From the IMG/VR virus record IMGVR_UViG_3300027707_001335, positions 1-27,202 of that record: a DNA stretch of 27,202 nucleotides; one strand, written 5' to 3'. Both the position numbers and the translations under genes were made by a program. Shown here piece after piece: positions 23,808-27,202 of this stretch (positions are counted from its first letter, which is position 1; every line of letters starts with the position of its first letter). The notes under the pieces were generated by a model. It was not told the origin of the DNA. It did not search any database and saw only the letters and a program-made list of their open reading frames with translations. This DNA comes from a virus. Taxonomy: Duplodnaviria; Caudoviricetes.

Positions 23808-24935
23808 ATGGCTACGCAACAAGAAATTAAAAGCGCATCTTTAAAAGTAAATAAAGAATTTTTCTCTCTTGAGCCCTCTTCGATTATTTCTTTATTTGAA
23901 GTTGACTTAAGCAGTCTTGGGATAGCAAATGATTCTCAATTTGTAATTAATTTAAGGAATTTTCAATTAACTTTACCCGGAACAAATAGCGGAGTATTTA
24001 ATTATACTGTTATTAGATTACATAACAATCTTAAATTAGGTAGGAATATTATTTACTGGAAAGGCAATCCTTATCTACCAGCGCCTCTTTCAACGGAAGG
24101 ATTTGAATTGGCTTCTAGAGGCGTATTCCCAAAGCCTAAAGTACAAATCAGCTTTTCTGATGACATGCTTGATGTTTTTTCTTTATTTAAAGGGGCTGTC
24201 AATTTTGGAGACTTAATTGGCGCAAAATTTACGAGGATTAGAACCTTCGCCAAGTTCCTTGACAGAAGCAATTTTTACCAACCTGATGGAGTTAATACTC
24301 TGTCTCCTGACAAATTAATCATACCAGATGGATTTGATCCTGATCCAAATTGCGAATTTCCTAGAGATGTTTATTACTTTGATAGGAAGTCTTCAGAAAA
24401 TAAAAATAGCATTCAGTTTGAGCTTTCAAGCGCAATAGATTTAGACAGAGTAAGGCTTCCTAAAAGAAGAGTATTAAGTTATATTTGTCCTTGGCAGTAC
24501 AGAGGAGAAGGATGCCTGTATGAATATCAAACCAGATTAAATACAGACATTCATGGGACAACAACTGCAATACCAAATCAGAGCGATTCAACTGGAGCAT
24601 CAGCACCAGTTTGTGGCACAGAAGATGATCAAGTAATTAAAGACATGCCTTTGTTTAAGAATTCTACCATCCCCATCTCAAATAATCCTAGCGAATGGGG
24701 GTCATCAACTAAGTATGACAAAGGAAATGTAGTTTTTATAGGCAAAAAAGGCATAAACTTTTATTTTGTCGCAAAGTCAGAGGTCCCAATTAATATACCT
24801 CCCCCAAATGGACAATATTGGCTAGCCGATCAATGCTCTAAGAGCGTTAAAGGTTGTAAAATTAGATTTGGAGAAAATCCTTTATCTTTTGGCGGATTTT
24901 ATGGAGTATCTAATTACAATAGAGGGCCGATGTAA
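23808..24935 (+). CDS. Lambda gpL-like minor tail protein (4-Cys Fe-S C-terminus)
   Basis: ISLFEVDL, WKGNPY, EGFE, DLIGAKFTRIRTFAKFLD, DRKSSEN, FELSSAIDL, CPWQYRGEGC, DQCSKSVKGCKIRF and FGGF. Confidence 0.92.
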   Translation: MATQQEIKSASLKVNKEFFSLEPSSIISLFEVDLSSLGIANDSQFVINLRNFQLTLPGTNSGVFNYTVIRLHNNLKLGRNIIYWKGNPYLPAPLSTEGFELASRGVFPKPKVQISFSDDMLDVFSLFKGAVNFGDLIGAKFTRIRTFAKFLDRSNFYQPDGVNTLSPDKLIIPDGFDPDPNCEFPRDVYYFDRKSSENKNSIQFELSSAIDLDRVRLPKRRVLSYICPWQYRGEGCLYEYQTRLNTDIHGTTTAIPNQSDSTGASAPVCGTEDDQVIKDMPLFKNSTIPISNNPSEWGSSTKYDKGNVVFIGKKGINFYFVAKSEVPINIPPPNGQYWLADQCSKSVKGCKIRFGENPLSFGGFYGVSNYNRGPM

Positions 24936-25693
24936 TGATTTCAGATGAGATAAAGATTAAAATAAAAGCACATTCATTAAAGGAAAATCCAGATGAGTGC
25001 TGCGGACTTTTGCTTCTAAATAATAAAAGTATATTAGAACCTTTTCCATGTAGGAATATCGCTCAGGATAAGGAAAATGAATTTGTTGTATGCCAGCTAG
25101 ATTACTTAAAGGCAGCAATGAATGGCAAAATCGTTGGTATTTATCATTCTCATTGCATACAAGATAATTCTTTCTCAGAGCTAGACAAACAGATAAGCCA
25201 CAAACTTAATCTTAAAAATATAGTTTATATATTAAAAAGAGACTCTTTCGAAGAGTATTCTCCAGAGAACTACTATAATAAATACATTGATAAAGATTTT
25301 GTAATTGATAAGTCTGATTGTTTATCAATAGTAGAAAACTATTACAATGAAGAATTCGGTATTAAGATTTTTCATTATGAAAGAACGACAAATTGGGATA
25401 AAGATTATCCAGAGTTTGTAAAACATAAATTGGCAGAGTTTTGCGACTCGCAAAATTTTGATAAATTCTTTGAGAAAGAAAATTTCGTTAAGATTGAAGG
25501 AATAGAAAATGCCAGAAAACATGATATCATTGTATTCAAATACCTAGAAAATTACCCTTCTCACTTTGGTGTTTATCTCGGGCAAAACTATATTTTGCAT
25601 CAACCAAGAAATAAAAAATCAATCATTGAAAAGCTCACAGATGCAGAGAAAAGAAGAATCTATTGCTTCGTAAGGAGTAATCAAATATGTTAA
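24935..25693 (+). CDS. Lambda gpK-like tail assembly protein (JAB/MPN + NlpC/P60), copy 1
   Basis: ECCGLL, YHSH...FSELD (JAMM motif); DCLSIVENYY and HFGVYLGQNYILHQ (NlpC/P60 Cys-His-His). Confidence 0.9.
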   Translation: MISDEIKIKIKAHSLKENPDECCGLLLLNNKSILEPFPCRNIAQDKENEFVVCQLDYLKAAMNGKIVGIYHSHCIQDNSFSELDKQISHKLNLKNIVYILKRDSFEEYSPENYYNKYIDKDFVIDKSDCLSIVENYYNEEFGIKIFHYERTTNWDKDYPEFVKHKLAEFCDSQNFDKFFEKENFVKIEGIENARKHDIIVFKYLENYPSHFGVYLGQNYILHQPRNKKSIIEKLTDAEKRRIYCFVRSNQIC

Positions 25694-26433
25694 CGGAAGA
25701 GATTAAAAGCAAAATTATTGAACACGCTAATACTTCTAATAATGAAGTATGTGGGCTTCTCATACATTCAGAGTCTGGATTAGACATACAAAAGACAGAA
25801 AATCTTATCAATTCAGCTACTGAATTCATGATGAATCTTGATAGTTCATCTGATATTTTTGCTTATTATCACTCTCATATTAATTTTGATGCTATTTCAG
25901 AAGCAGACAAGATTGTATCAGAAAGACTTGGGTTATGCTGCGTCGTCTATAATAAGCAAAGTGGTAGTTTTCACACTTATTCTCCAACAGGATATAAAAT
26001 TCAATACATTGGTAGACCTTTTCTTTTGGGGTTTGCTGACTGCTTATGGCTAGTAAAAGATTACTATTGTCACGATTTAAATATCCACCTTTGCCCAGAG
26101 CTAGAAGTTCTTAAAAACTCTGTGTCCAAAGAGGAATATAATGAAATGGCGAGCAAAAGATTTATTAATGAAGCGGAGTCTTTAAAAAATAAAGATGATT
26201 ATCTTAAAAAATACTTTGAGTATAATGGATTTAGACGAGTTTCTGACCTAAAGAAAAATGATGTTCTAATAACGAGAACAGAAAAATTCAATTTTCCTAT
26301 CCATTGTGCTGTTTATTTAGGCAAAGATACAATCTTGCACCATCCGGGAGATGGCATTTCCACCACCGAAAGACTTTCTAATGGTTATAAAAAATGGGTA
26401 ACTTATATAATGAGATACAACCTCTATGACTAG
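25687..26433 (+). CDS. Lambda gpK-like tail assembly protein (JAB/MPN + NlpC/P60), copy 2
   Basis: EVCGLL, YHSH...ISEAD; GRPFLLGFADCLWLVKDYY and HCAVYLGKDTILHH. Confidence 0.9.
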   Translation: MLTEEIKSKIIEHANTSNNEVCGLLIHSESGLDIQKTENLINSATEFMMNLDSSSDIFAYYHSHINFDAISEADKIVSERLGLCCVVYNKQSGSFHTYSPTGYKIQYIGRPFLLGFADCLWLVKDYYCHDLNIHLCPELEVLKNSVSKEEYNEMASKRFINEAESLKNKDDYLKKYFEYNGFRRVSDLKKNDVLITRTEKFNFPIHCAVYLGKDTILHHPGDGISTTERLSNGYKKWVTYIMRYNLYD

Positions 26434-27142
26434 CATAACTTTACACGGTGAAATAGCCGAACATGTAGGTAGAGAAAAATGGAATTTAAAAGTAAATTCT
26501 ATAAAGGAAGCTCTGCGAGCTATCCAAGTCTTATCTAAAGGTAAATTATTGAAGTATTTAATCGGCGCAGCAGAGAAAAGCGTCGAGTATAAGATACTTG
26601 TTAATAAAAGAGAAATGATGGCCGTAGAAGACATTTCTTTAGAAAGACCAGAGTCTATTTTTAATTCTGAACTAGTGATGATAAATGAGAAACTAGAGAC
26701 TTTAGACATCGTACCCATCATCAAAGGCGCTGGCGGTGGAGGAGGAGGCGGAAGCAGCAGCAAAGGTGTCTTAGCTTTGGTATTGGGTGTTATATTAATT
26801 GCAACAGGAGTTTTTGCTCCTGTAGGTCTTGGAATAGGAGCAAGCGCCGCTTTATCTGGAGCACTAATTGGCGCAGGTCTTGGCCTAGCAGTGACTGGCA
26901 TTACTTTGTTAATGATGTCTCCTCCAAAGTTTGATGACTTCAGAAAAATAGATAATGGTGGCGGGAAGCCCAACTACTTATTTGACGGGCCTTCTAACAT
27001 TCTTGGAGAGGGCGGACCTGTTCCAGTTGGGTACGGAAGAATGAAAATAGGATCTCAAACTGTTGAGATATCCACGAATAATGTCGAATTAGATGTCAAG
27101 TCAACAGCAGCAGACGTTAAAGATCAAATCAACAATATATAA
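26426..27142 (+). CDS. Lambda gpI-like tail assembly protein (ubiquitin-like N-domain, Gly linker, hydrophobic segment)
   Basis: ITLHGEIA...SIKEALRAI, IVPIIKGAGGGGGGG, a Gly/Ala-rich hydrophobic helix pair, and NYLFDGPSN...GGPVPVGYGRMKIGS. Confidence 0.9.
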   Translation: MTSITLHGEIAEHVGREKWNLKVNSIKEALRAIQVLSKGKLLKYLIGAAEKSVEYKILVNKREMMAVEDISLERPESIFNSELVMINEKLETLDIVPIIKGAGGGGGGGSSSKGVLALVLGVILIATGVFAPVGLGIGASAALSGALIGAGLGLAVTGITLLMMSPPKFDDFRKIDNGGGKPNYLFDGPSNILGEGGPVPVGYGRMKIGSQTVEISTNNVELDVKSTAADVKDQINNI

Positions 27143-27144
27143 AA

Positions 27145-27202
27145 ATGAACAATCTTGAAGATTTTAAATACGTAAAAGGCTTTGGCGGCGGCGGAGGCTC
27201 AC
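27145..27202 (+). CDS. Start of probable gpJ-like central tail fibre/tip protein (3'-truncated by the window edge)
   Basis: ATG 2 nt after the gpI stop, reading MNNLEDFKYVKGFGGGGGS; position follows M-L-K-I synteny. Only 19 codons are visible. Confidence 0.55.
   Translation, partial: MNNLEDFKYVKGFGGGGGS

Noticed and set aside
281-26973. Short antisense or alternate-frame ORFs in the track (e.g. 5948-6367, 11316-11696, 26317-26973)
   Set aside because: They lie within or across well-supported genes and have no motifs. The poly-Pro in 26317-26973 is simply the reverse complement of gpI's poly-Gly.
1-27202. Alternative genetic code (stop-codon reassignment)
   Set aside because: Conserved genes are full length under the standard code with near-complete coding density, and the splits involve frame changes rather than in-frame stops.
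1-27202. tRNA, rRNA, structured ncRNA, DGR or transposon
   Set aside because: Intergenic gaps are all under about 60 bp, and no reverse transcriptase, transposase or long nucleotide repeats were noticed by eye.

Overview
An AT-rich, densely packed window that reads as part of a large tailed dsDNA phage genome, with many ATGA/TAATG gene overlaps and few Shine-Dalgarno sites. It has three blocks. (1) A plus-strand replication/recombination operon (1-14952): gmd, RecA, a DUF559/Vsr-like endonuclease, DnaB, an atypical DnaG-type primase, a Cas4/AddB-like nuclease, and a C-family DNA polymerase III split into three genes (degenerate PHP, DEDDh exonuclease, DnaE catalytic core). These are followed by a Whirly-like putative SSB, two glycosyltransferase ORFs sharing a split GT9, and a Rad52/Sak-like annealing protein. 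(2) A minus-strand virion block (14953-23191): an 1841-aa IPT/LamG fibre-like protein and three paralogous tail-tube-like proteins. (3) A divergent plus-strand lambda-like tail-tip module (23249-end): gpM, gpL, two gpK, gpI and the start of a probable gpJ. The most interesting candidates are the three-piece Pol III, the Whirly-like SSB, a phage glycosylation system (Gmd + GT4 + split GT9, with a Ser/Thr-Gly-rich fibre as possible substrate), duplicated JAB proteases with two matching xxKGx-polyG motifs, and a back-to-back GTGTAA(A)TA putative late promoter. All family calls come from recognising motifs by eye; no searches were run.
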